In this document: one piece after another, positions 1 through 8,914 of the stretch
How the letters are laid out: each line of letters begins with the position of its first letter
How positions within the stretch are numbered: position 1 is the stretch's first letter
NCBI GenBank assembly: GCA_021776095.1
Contig: JAJFGO010000118.1
Location: 1,045-65,044 of the forward strand
Direction of reading: 5' to 3'
DNA: 64,000 nucleotides
Source: Kiloniellaceae bacterium
Lineage (GTDB): Bacteria > Pseudomonadota > Alphaproteobacteria > Kiloniellales > J153
The notes under the pieces: model-generated
Databases searched by the model: none
What the model saw: only the letters and a program-made list of their open reading frames with translations
Told to the model about the DNA's origin: nothing
Position numbers and translations under genes: made by a program

Positions 1-80
1 CGGAACGCAAGGTGCTATTCGGCCAAACCGCCGCCAGCGTCACCGCAAATCAGGATTGAGCGGCGGCTAGGCCGGGCTAC

Positions 81-1286
81 TTACAGCCAAGCCTCTTCGA
101 AGGGCAGGCTGCTCAGCACCTCGATGCCGGTCTCGGTGATCAACACCTGCTCTTCGAGCTTGACCCCCTCAGCCCCTTGGCCGGGGCCCAGATAGCTTTC
201 GACGCAAATCGTCATGCCGGGTAGGAGGGGCGCGTCGTAGCGCCCATCCTGACGGTGCCAGAAGGCGACCGGATATTCGTCGCACATGCCGACCCCATGG
301 ATCAGGCAAGAGTAGACGTGGTCGCCATCCGGCGGATCGCCGATTTGCACGGCGAGGTCCGCTAGGGTCACGCCCGGGCCGATCCGCGCCAGCAATCGCA
401 GCAAGTGGCCATAGGCTTGGGCGTAGGTCCGGCGCTGGGTATCGTTCGCCATGCCGCCGCCCGCGCGCCAGGTCCGCGAAATGTCGCAGCAATACCCGTG
501 GCGCCCGATGAGATCGGTATCCAGGGCGACCAGATCGCCGTCCTCGATCGCCCGGTCCGAGCATTCCTGATACCACGGGTTTGTCCGGGGGCCGGAGGTG
601 AGCAGGCGAGTTTCGATCCACTCGCCGCCGCGCGCGATATTTTCGCGGTGCAGCTCGGACCACAGCCCGCGTTCGGTCATGCCGGGCCGCAGGGCCGCCT
701 GCATGGCCATGACAGAGGCTTCGCAAGCTTGGATCGATTGGCGCATCGCGGTCAGTTCTTGCGGTGTCTTGATCGCCCGGGCGGTCTCGGCCAAGTCTTG
801 ACCCTCCATGACCTCGATTCCCAGATCCCGCAGCGCTAAGTACCCGACGAAATCGAGCCGGTCCACCGCGATCCGCCGGTTCCCGCCGCCGTGACGCCTG
901 ACCAACTCGGCGATCTCAGCGGCCCAAAGTGCGGCGGCGTCCCGCGCGCCGGGCCCGGCCATCAAATGAACCCACGAGGTGGCGGGGCGCACCTCATCGA
1001 CGGTCTCGATACCCTCGGCCAGGTGCTCGCAGCTGGCGAACTCGAACAGGACCACCGGTCCCTCGCTGGCGACAAAGGCGTAACGGGTCGGGTTATGCAG
1101 GCACCAGACCTGCATGTTGCTGACATCGGTCGCGTAACGGATGTTGATGGGGTCGAGAAAGACCGCCCCAGCCACGTCCGCGTCGCGCAAGACGCGGCGC
1201 AAACGGTCCAGTCTTTCACGCCGCAAGGCAGGTATGTCGAGCGCGGCGGGCCGGACGGGTGTATCGGCAGGCCCGCCGACGTTCAC
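81..1286 (-). CDS. M24B-family metallo-enzyme, DddP (DMSP lyase)-like, 401 aa
   Basis: C-terminal part of ORF 81..1796. GTG at 1286 overlaps the upstream stop (GTGA). Motifs DPINIRYATDVSNMQVW, DTDLIG..GYCCDISRTW, HGVGMCDEYP, CVESY and GVKLEEQV give pita-bread metal ligands of the DddP type. Confidence 0.75.
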   Translation of the reverse strand: MNVGGPADTPVRPAALDIPALRRERLDRLRRVLRDADVAGAVFLDPINIRYATDVSNMQVWCLHNPTRYAFVASEGPVVLFEFASCEHLAEGIETVDEVRPATSWVHLMAGPGARDAAALWAAEIAELVRRHGGGNRRIAVDRLDFVGYLALRDLGIEVMEGQDLAETARAIKTPQELTAMRQSIQACEASVMAMQAALRPGMTERGLWSELHRENIARGGEWIETRLLTSGPRTNPWYQECSDRAIEDGDLVALDTDLIGRHGYCCDISRTWRAGGGMANDTQRRTYAQAYGHLLRLLARIGPGVTLADLAVQIGDPPDGDHVYSCLIHGVGMCDEYPVAFWHRQDGRYDAPLLPGMTICVESYLGPGQGAEGVKLEEQVLITETGIEVLSSLPFEEAWL

Positions 1287-2089
1287 GCAGCTGGCTCCAA
1301 AGCCGTGGCGCGGCCGAAGAAACCCAGCCGTTCCTCCTCGCTGAACAGGCGCCCGGGTTGTTCGTAATAGGAAAACACCGTGACCATACGCGACGTTTCG
1401 CCAACGGCGGCGGTCACGCGATGGGCTGTATCCTTGCCCTTGAACACGCTGAGCGTGCCGGGCGCGAGCGGCAGGGTTTTGACCTCGTCGTCTTGGCCGG
1501 CCAGAAGCCGCGCGACGCCGTCGTAATTGGGATCGCTGTCCGAGCGCAGGTCGCGGCGGTACTGGAACGCACCGCCCGCTGCTGGCGCCTGAAGTAACAG
1601 CGTGGTGGTGAACTCGGAACGGTCGAAATGCCAATTCAGAGCCTCGCCGGCGCGGTAGGCCATGACGTTGATCCGGGCCAGGGGGTCGGCCATGATGTAG
1701 AGCCGGGTTTTGCCCATGGCCGCGGCCAGAAACTCGGCCAGCGGTGCCCACTCGTAAATGCGGCACAAATCGCTGTGCGGGATTTGGTCGCCGCAAATGG
1801 TGCGGTTCACGGTCTCGACCCGCCGCAGCGCCGGGTGGTCGGGGGCAAGGTCCGCGATGTCGTCGCGGAAGTAGATGTTGTGATCGCGCTTATGGGTGAA
1901 GGCCTGACGCTCGAACATAGGCTCGACCTCGGCGATGCAGCGCGCCAAGGCCTGCGGCCGGACCAAGCCTTCCAGGTTGAACATGCCGGTTTCCGCCAAG
2001 TCGCGGCGGCAGGCTGCGACCAGCGCCTGGCCACGGGGGCTGGTCAAGGTGTCGAGCGGATAGCGCTCGAGATCTAAGAGTTGTCGCAT
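1283..2089 (-). CDS. Fe(II)/2-oxoglutarate oxygenase, HalD/BesD-like family, hydroxylase-type HxD motif
   Basis: LNWHFD (HxD), distal AHRV, and a putative 2OG-binding Arg in SRMVTVFSY; DSBH-type pattern. Confidence 0.75.
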   Translation of the reverse strand: MRQLLDLERYPLDTLTSPRGQALVAACRRDLAETGMFNLEGLVRPQALARCIAEVEPMFERQAFTHKRDHNIYFRDDIADLAPDHPALRRVETVNRTICGDQIPHSDLCRIYEWAPLAEFLAAAMGKTRLYIMADPLARINVMAYRAGEALNWHFDRSEFTTTLLLQAPAAGGAFQYRRDLRSDSDPNYDGVARLLAGQDDEVKTLPLAPGTLSVFKGKDTAHRVTAAVGETSRMVTVFSYYEQPGRLFSEEERLGFFGRATALEPAA

Positions 2090-2134
2090 TTCGGTTAAGC
2101 CTCAGGGCTCCGGTTGAGCATCTCCCATCTACCG

Positions 2135-2195
2135 TCAAGTTCTTCTTGGTCTCAAGTCCATAAATTCTTATGTTGACTTAGAAATTCTTTATAAT
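2135..2195. promoter_or_regulatory. AT-rich divergent promoter region with candidate LysR boxes
   Basis: CATAA-ATTC-TTATG palindrome at 2159-2172 and T-N11-A (TAGAAATTCTTTA) between the divergent oxygenase and LysR genes. Confidence 0.35.
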
Positions 2196-2220
2196 ATCCG
2201 TTGTGTGAGGACGGCGTTCT

Positions 2221-3153
2221 TTGCAGAAACGATTGCCCCCCCTCAATGCGCTTAAGGCCTTCGAGGCTGCGGCGCGCGGCGGCGGCTATGTCTCGGCGGC
2301 TCGCGAACTGGGGGTATCCCCGGCGGCGGTCAGCCAGCAGGTCAAGAATCTGGAGGGCTTTTTCGACAAGCAACTGTTCACACGCTTCAACAATCGCCTG
2401 GTTTTGACCGACGCGGGCCTGGCGATTTTCGTCGAAAGCTCGACCGCACTAGAAAAGCTGGCCGCGATGACCCAGCGGGTCTTCGAGGGCGAGGTCCGCT
2501 CGCGCCTGGTGGTCAGCCTGCTTCCCTCGCTGGCGAATCGCTGGTTTAACCGGTCGTTGCCGGCGTTCCTCGATCTCGAACCGGCCATGCGCGTGGAGGT
2601 CCGGGTCGAAGACGATCCGGTCGATTTCGCGCGCTACAATATCGACGTACGCATTTGCTACGGGGCTCACCTCTATCCCGAACTGGCCAATACCGTCTTG
2701 GTTCGCGACGAGGTGCTACCCCTGTGTACCCCCGCCTTTATGGAGGGGCACGGATTCGATGGGGCTGTGCCCGGGGTGCTATCCGATACGCAGCTCATCC
2801 ATACCCTTTGGGGGCCGAGCTTCGCGTCCCATCCCACTTGGACCGATTGGTTCGCGTGGGTCGGGCAGGACCGCGCACCCGATTTCGGCAAGGGGCATGG
2901 CGTGGGGCGGTCGAGCCTGGCCATCGATCTGGCCCTGGCCGGCAGCGGTATCGCGCTAGGTCAGCGCCTGCTGGCGCGCGACGAGATCGCCGAAGGCCGG
3001 CTCCTGGCGCCCTTCGAAGGGGCGATCCCGCTTGGGCATCCCTACTGCGCCGTGCACCCGCGCGCTAAGGCACGCAAACCCGGGGTGCCGTCGTTCGTTC
3101 AATGGGCAGTGTGCGATGCGATGCGGGGTGTCGCGCCGCCTTTGGCTTACTGA
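2221..3153 (+). CDS. LysR-family transcriptional regulator, GcvA-like
   Basis: RLPPLNALKAFEAAAR...SAARELGVSPAAVSQQVKNLE helix-turn-helix followed by a LysR substrate domain; TTG start. Confidence 0.9.
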   Translation: MQKRLPPLNALKAFEAAARGGGYVSAARELGVSPAAVSQQVKNLEGFFDKQLFTRFNNRLVLTDAGLAIFVESSTALEKLAAMTQRVFEGEVRSRLVVSLLPSLANRWFNRSLPAFLDLEPAMRVEVRVEDDPVDFARYNIDVRICYGAHLYPELANTVLVRDEVLPLCTPAFMEGHGFDGAVPGVLSDTQLIHTLWGPSFASHPTWTDWFAWVGQDRAPDFGKGHGVGRSSLAIDLALAGSGIALGQRLLARDEIAEGRLLAPFEGAIPLGHPYCAVHPRAKARKPGVPSFVQWAVCDAMRGVAPPLAY

Positions 3154-3641
3154 GAATCGGCCCGGTACATGAAATAGCGCCCGGGTTTGACCGCGTCGGG
3201 GAGCGCAACGGGCGTGGCCCCGGGAAACCCCAGGTCTTGGTCCGAGACGACCAGACCTCCGGGTGCCAAGAGGCCGGCCAGTTGCGTTGCCAGGAAGCCG
3301 GCCAATTCCGCGTTGAGACGTGTGTTCCCGGTGCCGATATCGCTGTGCACCAGGGGGACCTTACCGGCGAAACGCGCCGCAGCGTCGGGCAGGGTCTCGC
3401 GGATATCGCCCAGGATCAGGTGCGCCCCATCGGGCACGCATTCCGCCGAGGCCGCGACCTCGCGCTCAAAGACGAAGATGTCGCGCTCCGGGCACAGCTC
3501 GCGCAAATGATGATAGGTGCGGCCCTGGCCCAGCCCGAATTCGAGGATCGGGCCGGGCGACGCCGCGATCAGGCTGGCGGCGCGCTCGAGGCAGGCACGT
3601 TGGGCCTGTAAGCGGCGAATCACACTGTCCAGACGGCTCAT
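3147..3641 (-). CDS. Small class I SAM-dependent methyltransferase (Methyltransf_17-like), copy 2
   Basis: MSRLD...ILEFGLGQGRTYHHLRE motif I; paralog of the adjacent gene. Confidence 0.8.
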   Translation of the reverse strand: MSRLDSVIRRLQAQRACLERAASLIAASPGPILEFGLGQGRTYHHLRELCPERDIFVFEREVAASAECVPDGAHLILGDIRETLPDAAARFAGKVPLVHSDIGTGNTRLNAELAGFLATQLAGLLAPGGLVVSDQDLGFPGATPVALPDAVKPGRYFMYRADSQ

Positions 3642-3652
3642 GCCCGCAGGGC

Positions 3653-4153
3653 CTAGCGCCCGTCGTCCGCGCGACGGTACAGGAAGTACACCCCCGGCGC
3701 CACGTCTTCGGGCAGGGCGAGGGCCACGCTGGGCACGAATGCGACATCACGGTCGGCCGCGACTAGGCCGCCGGGCCGCAAAATCGTCGGTAGGTATGCG
3801 GCGATGAAGGCCGCCTTGCGCGCGTCGCGCGCCGGGTTGGCGGAGCCGAAGTCGGCATGGACTAGCGCGACCTGGCCGGCGAAACGCTCGGCTGCCGTTG
3901 GCAGCGTATCCTTGAAGTCGCCACAAAAAAGATGCGCCTGGTCCGGAATGCAATCGGGGTGCGCGGCGACCTCGCGGTCGAAAACGAAGATCTCGCGCCC
4001 CGGCAGAACCTCGCGCAGATGATCGTAGGTGCGTCCGTTCCCCAGGCCGAGTTCAAAGATCGGTCCGGGCAAATCGCGAATGGCCTCCGCAGCCTGGTTC
4101 AGGCAGGCGCGTTGGGCCTTGAGACGGCGGATGTTGATATCGAGCCGGCTCAC
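3653..4153 (-). CDS. Small class I SAM-dependent methyltransferase (Methyltransf_17-like), copy 1
   Basis: MSRLD...FELGLGNGRTYDHLRE; GTG start. Confidence 0.8.
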   Translation of the reverse strand: MSRLDINIRRLKAQRACLNQAAEAIRDLPGPIFELGLGNGRTYDHLREVLPGREIFVFDREVAAHPDCIPDQAHLFCGDFKDTLPTAAERFAGQVALVHADFGSANPARDARKAAFIAAYLPTILRPGGLVAADRDVAFVPSVALALPEDVAPGVYFLYRRADDGR

Positions 4154-4190
4154 GACACCACCGGCCTTACCTGGTGCATGGGAATGGAAA

Positions 4191-4640
4191 TCACTTAGCG
4201 CCCTCGCGTGCGGCCATCAGCAAGGCTGTTGTGTGCTCCAGGCGATGTGCCAGGACGCGCATGATCTCGACACCCATTTCCGGGAAGTCGGTGACCATGC
4301 GGAAGAACAAATCCTTGGTAATTTCCAACGCGGTCAATTCACTGGTCGCGACCACGCTGGCGGTTCGCGGCACGTCGCACAGAATCGCGATCTCGCCGAT
4401 GATATCGTTCTTGCCGACCTGCGCCACCACCAGCGGACCGTTGTTTTGGACCACAATATCGGCGTCACCTTCGATGATGATAAAGGCGGATTCGCCGGCG
4501 TCGCCCTGGTCGCAAAGAGATTGCCCCGCCGTGAAGGTCAAGCGTTGGCTGGCAAAGCACATGAGCTTCAATTTCGCCGAATCGATGTTGGCGAATAGGG
4601 GTATCTTGCGAAGGATTTCGACTTCTTGTTCAATGCTCAT
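4191..4640 (-). CDS. Stand-alone cyclic nucleotide-binding domain protein
   Basis: LRKIPLF, QGDAGESAFIIIEG and phosphate-binding cassette GEIAILCDVPRTASV; no HTH. Confidence 0.9.
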   Translation of the reverse strand: MSIEQEVEILRKIPLFANIDSAKLKLMCFASQRLTFTAGQSLCDQGDAGESAFIIIEGDADIVVQNNGPLVVAQVGKNDIIGEIAILCDVPRTASVVATSELTALEITKDLFFRMVTDFPEMGVEIMRVLAHRLEHTTALLMAAREGAK

Positions 4641-4661
4641 ACTTCAACTCCGATCTAGCCG

Positions 4662-7379
4662 CTATTCTGCGGCCAAGATTTGGTTCAAGGCCGATCCCGG
4701 TTTGTTCAGATCGGCGAAGCTGCCCTGTTCGACGATCCGCCCATCTTGCATGATAAGAACGCGCGCGAAGTGCTCGCAGCTTTGCGGCCGCTGCAGAACC
4801 CAAATCACGCCGCGCCCCTTACGCCGCTCCAGAACATTGCGTTGCAGCCGGTCTTGGGTCGCTAGGTCCATGACCGCGAGACCGTCGTTGACGATCAGAA
4901 CATCCGGCCGTTTCAACAACACGCGCGCCAGGCCGAGTTTCTGACGCTGCGCCGCGCTCAAGCGCTTGCCGCCGACGCTGACTTGAAAATCCAAACCCGC
5001 CTCGACGACGGCCGCGCGCAGGCCCAACGCACTTAAAAGATCTGTCATGATCAGTCGGACGGTCTCTTCCGCCTTGGCCTGGCCATGGGCGACACGGCCG
5101 AAGAGGATATTGTCCTGCAAGGAGGCCGCCCCATTGTAGGCGTCGGGGTCGTAGATCGCGACCGCATGGGGATCTTCGCGTTTCAGACGTTCGGCAAAGA
5201 GCTTGCGCGCCGCCACGGCGCGCGCCTCGATGGAGTCGTTGATCAGGCCGAGACGATGACGGGCCTCGCTATAATTCAAGGGCAGACCGCGCAACGCCAG
5301 GCGATCCGGCGGGCCCAGTGCGTCCTTGCCCTGTTTTTCGACCTTGGCGATATAACTGCCGAAATCCGCCAGATCGTCGGCGTCGATGAAGCTGAACTGT
5401 TCGAAGAACGGATGGCCGGGCGGTAGGTCTGCGAAAATTTCCAGCATGGTGCGGGCGATGGAGATCCCCATGTCGAGCATGGATTCGTCCAGCCCCGCGT
5501 CCTTCAGGACCGCGCCCATCAACTCGTTCTTGGCCAAGGCGCCGAGCATGTATTCCGGCTTGCGCGGGGTGCCGAACAAAAGGTTTTCAGCCAAAGTTGC
5601 GTTCTGGTTGTAGGAATCCGGATCGAAACGGATGACCAGATTCTCGGCCTTTTCCTCGATCAGGCGCTTGGGTAAGGCCGCGCGCGCCTGCAGGATAGCC
5701 TCGGCGATCTCGGGCCGGGCCTCGGCGTCGATCGTGCCGCTGAGGCCGAAGCGATAGACGTCGTCTGCCATATCGACCAGCTTGAGCACCTCGACGATCT
5801 GTTCGTCGATATCCTCAGGCCCCGTGGCGCCGGCCGCCGCGTAATCGGTCCAGTCCGCTTCGAAATCCAAAGTCGTGTTGCCGGCGCGCAGGCTTTCCGC
5901 GACCCAGGCCTTGCGGCGCACGCGCCGTGCCGGAGTGTCCTCGGGCTCCCGCAGCGGCCGGTGGCGTAGGCCGTACAACAGGTTTTCGCGCACCGACTGC
6001 GGGAAGAAAAAAGTGTCCTGCCCCAGGTAACCGATCCGCTGGCCGGTGATCGATTGCGGCATCTTGGTCAAATCGCGCGTGCCGATCCGTATGCTGCCTG
6101 AGGATGGCATGGCCAAACGGGCCAGGATCATCGCCAAGTGATCCTTGCCCGATCCGGCGGGGCCGAGGATCGCGATATGATCGCTCGAATCGACGGTGAA
6201 GCTAGCCGACCGAACCAGCCGGTTGCCGGATTCATCGGTCAGGGAAACCGCCGAAAGGCTAAGCGGCCCCGCCAGGGGCTCGCTGGCGTCCTGCTCCGGG
6301 TCTTGGACCTCCGGCTCGAGGATTTCCGGCGGCTGAAACTGCTCGATCACCTGGTCGTATTTGATCTGCACGTCGGCGCGCTGCTGTTCCCAGTCGATCA
6401 ACTCCTTAATCGGCCCCGGCAGGTCCTTGTAGGCGAAAATGACCGCGACCAAGGCGCCGACGTCTAGATAGCCGCGGATCGCCAAGACTCCCCCGCCGCC
6501 GTAAAAAATGAAAGGCGTGAGCTGGGCCAGGAAATTGTTGACGAACTTGACCATGAACTTGCGCTGGAAAATCTCGTAGCGGATCTCGAAGATCCGCCCC
6601 AGACGGCTGGCCAGGTCGCTGCGCTCCAGGTTCGAGGTGTCGTGGGAATGGATTTCGACCGCGCCGTCAACCACTTCCGCGATGCGCCCGGCCAGTTGGC
6701 GCGCGGTCAACTGCCGTTGCCGGCCCAGGCGCAGAATGGGCAACCGCATCCTGGGCACCAGGTAGGTTTGGAAGGCCACGATGACGGCGGCGACCAAACC
6801 AAGCCAGACGTTTTGGGTCAGGATAAAGATCATGGCCGTGATTGCCTGGCCGCCCAGAAAGGCGGGGGTGACGAAGGCGTCGCCAATGAAGCCGCCCAGG
6901 GGCTCGACCTCGTCCTTAATCATGGTTGCCGCTTCGGCCTGCTTGACCTTGCGGATATAGGGAATCGGAAATCGCAGAATGCGGTCGCTCAGCTCATAGC
7001 GCAGCCGGCGCAGCATGCGCTCGCCCATGCGACCCTTGCCGGTGTTGATCGAATACTTGAAGCCGCTGTTAATGAGATAGAGGATCACGTAGGTGAAGGT
7101 CAGGGACAGCAACAGGCCCTGTTGCTCCAACGAAAATCCATCGAACAGCTCGACTGGAGCGCCGGTCAGAGCTTCGCCAAAGGGCAGGTCGAAAGCCAGG
7201 AAGGATTGGCTATCCGCCGCCGACTCGAAACCCTCGCCCAAAATCCCCCGATTTACGATTTGCTTGGGCAGATCGAGCGACAAGAAATAAAAGGGCATGG
7301 ATAACAACACGAGCAGAAGGATCGCAATCTGCTCGCGTTTTGAGTGCCGCCAGATGTATTTGAAAAGGTTCGGTTCCAT
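4662..7379 (-). CDS. Exporter-type ABC transporter (TMD-NBD fusion) with a large NBD insertion and degenerate catalytic motifs
   Basis: N-terminal ABC membrane domain; Walker A GPAGSGKD; signature LSAAQRQ; Walker B VLIVND; switch region IWVLQR. Confidence 0.85.
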   Translation of the reverse strand: MEPNLFKYIWRHSKREQIAILLLVLLSMPFYFLSLDLPKQIVNRGILGEGFESAADSQSFLAFDLPFGEALTGAPVELFDGFSLEQQGLLLSLTFTYVILYLINSGFKYSINTGKGRMGERMLRRLRYELSDRILRFPIPYIRKVKQAEAATMIKDEVEPLGGFIGDAFVTPAFLGGQAITAMIFILTQNVWLGLVAAVIVAFQTYLVPRMRLPILRLGRQRQLTARQLAGRIAEVVDGAVEIHSHDTSNLERSDLASRLGRIFEIRYEIFQRKFMVKFVNNFLAQLTPFIFYGGGGVLAIRGYLDVGALVAVIFAYKDLPGPIKELIDWEQQRADVQIKYDQVIEQFQPPEILEPEVQDPEQDASEPLAGPLSLSAVSLTDESGNRLVRSASFTVDSSDHIAILGPAGSGKDHLAMILARLAMPSSGSIRIGTRDLTKMPQSITGQRIGYLGQDTFFFPQSVRENLLYGLRHRPLREPEDTPARRVRRKAWVAESLRAGNTTLDFEADWTDYAAAGATGPEDIDEQIVEVLKLVDMADDVYRFGLSGTIDAEARPEIAEAILQARAALPKRLIEEKAENLVIRFDPDSYNQNATLAENLLFGTPRKPEYMLGALAKNELMGAVLKDAGLDESMLDMGISIARTMLEIFADLPPGHPFFEQFSFIDADDLADFGSYIAKVEKQGKDALGPPDRLALRGLPLNYSEARHRLGLINDSIEARAVAARKLFAERLKREDPHAVAIYDPDAYNGAASLQDNILFGRVAHGQAKAEETVRLIMTDLLSALGLRAAVVEAGLDFQVSVGGKRLSAAQRQKLGLARVLLKRPDVLIVNDGLAVMDLATQDRLQRNVLERRKGRGVIWVLQRPQSCEHFARVLIMQDGRIVEQGSFADLNKPGSALNQILAAE

Positions 7380-7609
7380 CGGGTCCGAGGGTTTGCGGCG
7401 GGAAAAAGCGGGCCGCTGCCTCGCCTATCCCAAGAATCTGGCGCGACATTATCTCAATGCCCAGGTGTGGTAAACTGGCCGCCGTGGTCCCGCCCGGCCG
7501 CGCGCCGGGCCTGAACCGGGCTCCGGCGGGGCAGGGCTTGCGCTCTTAGGTCCGGGTGCCCTAGTCTTGCCAAGAAACGGGGCTGCGGCCCAATGGGGGG
7601 GGAAGAGTC

Positions 7610-8854
7610 ATGGGCCCGGGCCGCAAGAACAAGCGCGTCCTTATCTACAGTCACGATAGTTTCGGCCTCGGCCATTTGCGCCGATGCCGAGAAATCGCGC
7701 ACAGCCTGGTCGGCGCCATGAACAACCTGACCGTGCTGATACTATCGGGGTCGCCGATCATCGGCAGTTTCGATTTCCGCTCGCGCGTGGATTTCGTGCG
7801 GATTCCCGGGGTCATCAAGTTGCGCAACGGCGAATATACGCCGCTCAATTTGCACATCGACATCGAAGATACCCTGGCAATCCGCGCTTCGATCGTCGAG
7901 CACACGGCGAAGATCTTCGATCCCGATCTCTTCTTAGTGGACAAAGAGCCGCTCGGCTTGCGCGGCGAGGTCAAGAGCACCTTGGCCATGCTGAAGGCGC
8001 GCGGCACGCCCTGCATCTTGGGCCTGCGCGACGTCATGGACGATCCGGCGGTGCTGGCGACCGAATGGCAGCGCAAGAAGGCCCTGCCGGCGCTGACCGA
8101 ATACTACGATTCCATTTGGGTCTACGGCTTGCCGCAAATCTGCGATCCGCTGGACGGCATGGACGTGCCGGATTCCTTGCGCCGCAAGACCACCTTCAGC
8201 GGCTATTTGAACCGGCATGTGCCCGAGACCGCGCCCTTGTTCGTGCCGGAGAAGATCGCCGATCCCTTCATTCTGGTCACGGTCGGCGGCGGCGGCGACG
8301 GCGAGGAGATCATCGACTGGGTGCTGTCGGCCTACGAAGCCGACCCGGACCTGCCGTATCCGGCCCTGGTCGTTCTCGGCCCCTTCATGGGCGCCCAGCA
8401 TCAGGCGGATTTCCTGCAGCGGGCCAGCCGCCTGCCCAATGTGGAGGCGATCACCTTCGACGCCCACATCGAGAGCCTGATGGCGCGGGCTATCGGCGTG
8501 GTCTGCATGGGCGGCTACAACACGTTCTGCGAGGTGCTGTCCTTCGACAAACGAGCCTTGGTGGTGCCGCGCACGACGCCGCGCCTGGAACAATTCATCC
8601 GCGCTTCTCGCGCCCAGGACTTGGGCTTGGTCAAGATGCTCGAAGACGATGGCGTGCGCGACCCGCGCGTCATGGCGACCGCCTTACGCAATTTGCCGCA
8701 GCAGGCCGCACCGTCGAGTGTGGTTGTGCCGGGATTGCTCGACGGCCGGGCCAATGTGATCAAGTTGACACAGCAGTGGCTCGCCCGCGGCGATACCCGG
8801 TTTTCAGTCGCGCCGGAGATTCAACCCCAGGCGGCGTTGCAAGGCGGCGACTGA
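7610..8854 (+). CDS. GT-B glycosyltransferase (COG4671-like, GT28 C-terminal-like)
   Basis: VLIYSHDSFGLGHLRR, LRDVMD, VTVGGGGDG, MGGYNTFCE, EQFIRA. Confidence 0.85.
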   Translation: MGPGRKNKRVLIYSHDSFGLGHLRRCREIAHSLVGAMNNLTVLILSGSPIIGSFDFRSRVDFVRIPGVIKLRNGEYTPLNLHIDIEDTLAIRASIVEHTAKIFDPDLFLVDKEPLGLRGEVKSTLAMLKARGTPCILGLRDVMDDPAVLATEWQRKKALPALTEYYDSIWVYGLPQICDPLDGMDVPDSLRRKTTFSGYLNRHVPETAPLFVPEKIADPFILVTVGGGGDGEEIIDWVLSAYEADPDLPYPALVVLGPFMGAQHQADFLQRASRLPNVEAITFDAHIESLMARAIGVVCMGGYNTFCEVLSFDKRALVVPRTTPRLEQFIRASRAQDLGLVKMLEDDGVRDPRVMATALRNLPQQAAPSSVVVPGLLDGRANVIKLTQQWLARGDTRFSVAPEIQPQAALQGGD

Positions 8855-8914
8855 GGCGCCCGGCGCGCAAGCCCGGCTTGACGGCGCCCGCCGCCGATCC
8901 CTAACGTCACGGCC

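Noticed and set aside
1287-1796. N-terminal 170 aa of the 571-aa ORF
   Set aside because: It overlaps the oxygenase gene in another frame and is Arg/Pro-rich noise; the real start is most likely GTG 1286.
1283-2089. Radical halogenase call for the BesD-like protein
   Set aside because: It has HxD, which fills the halide coordination site; halogenases have HxG/A.
7684-8904. 406-aa alternative-frame ORF over the first glycosyltransferase
   Set aside because: Frame-shifted shadow ORF typical of high-GC DNA; no recognisable motifs.
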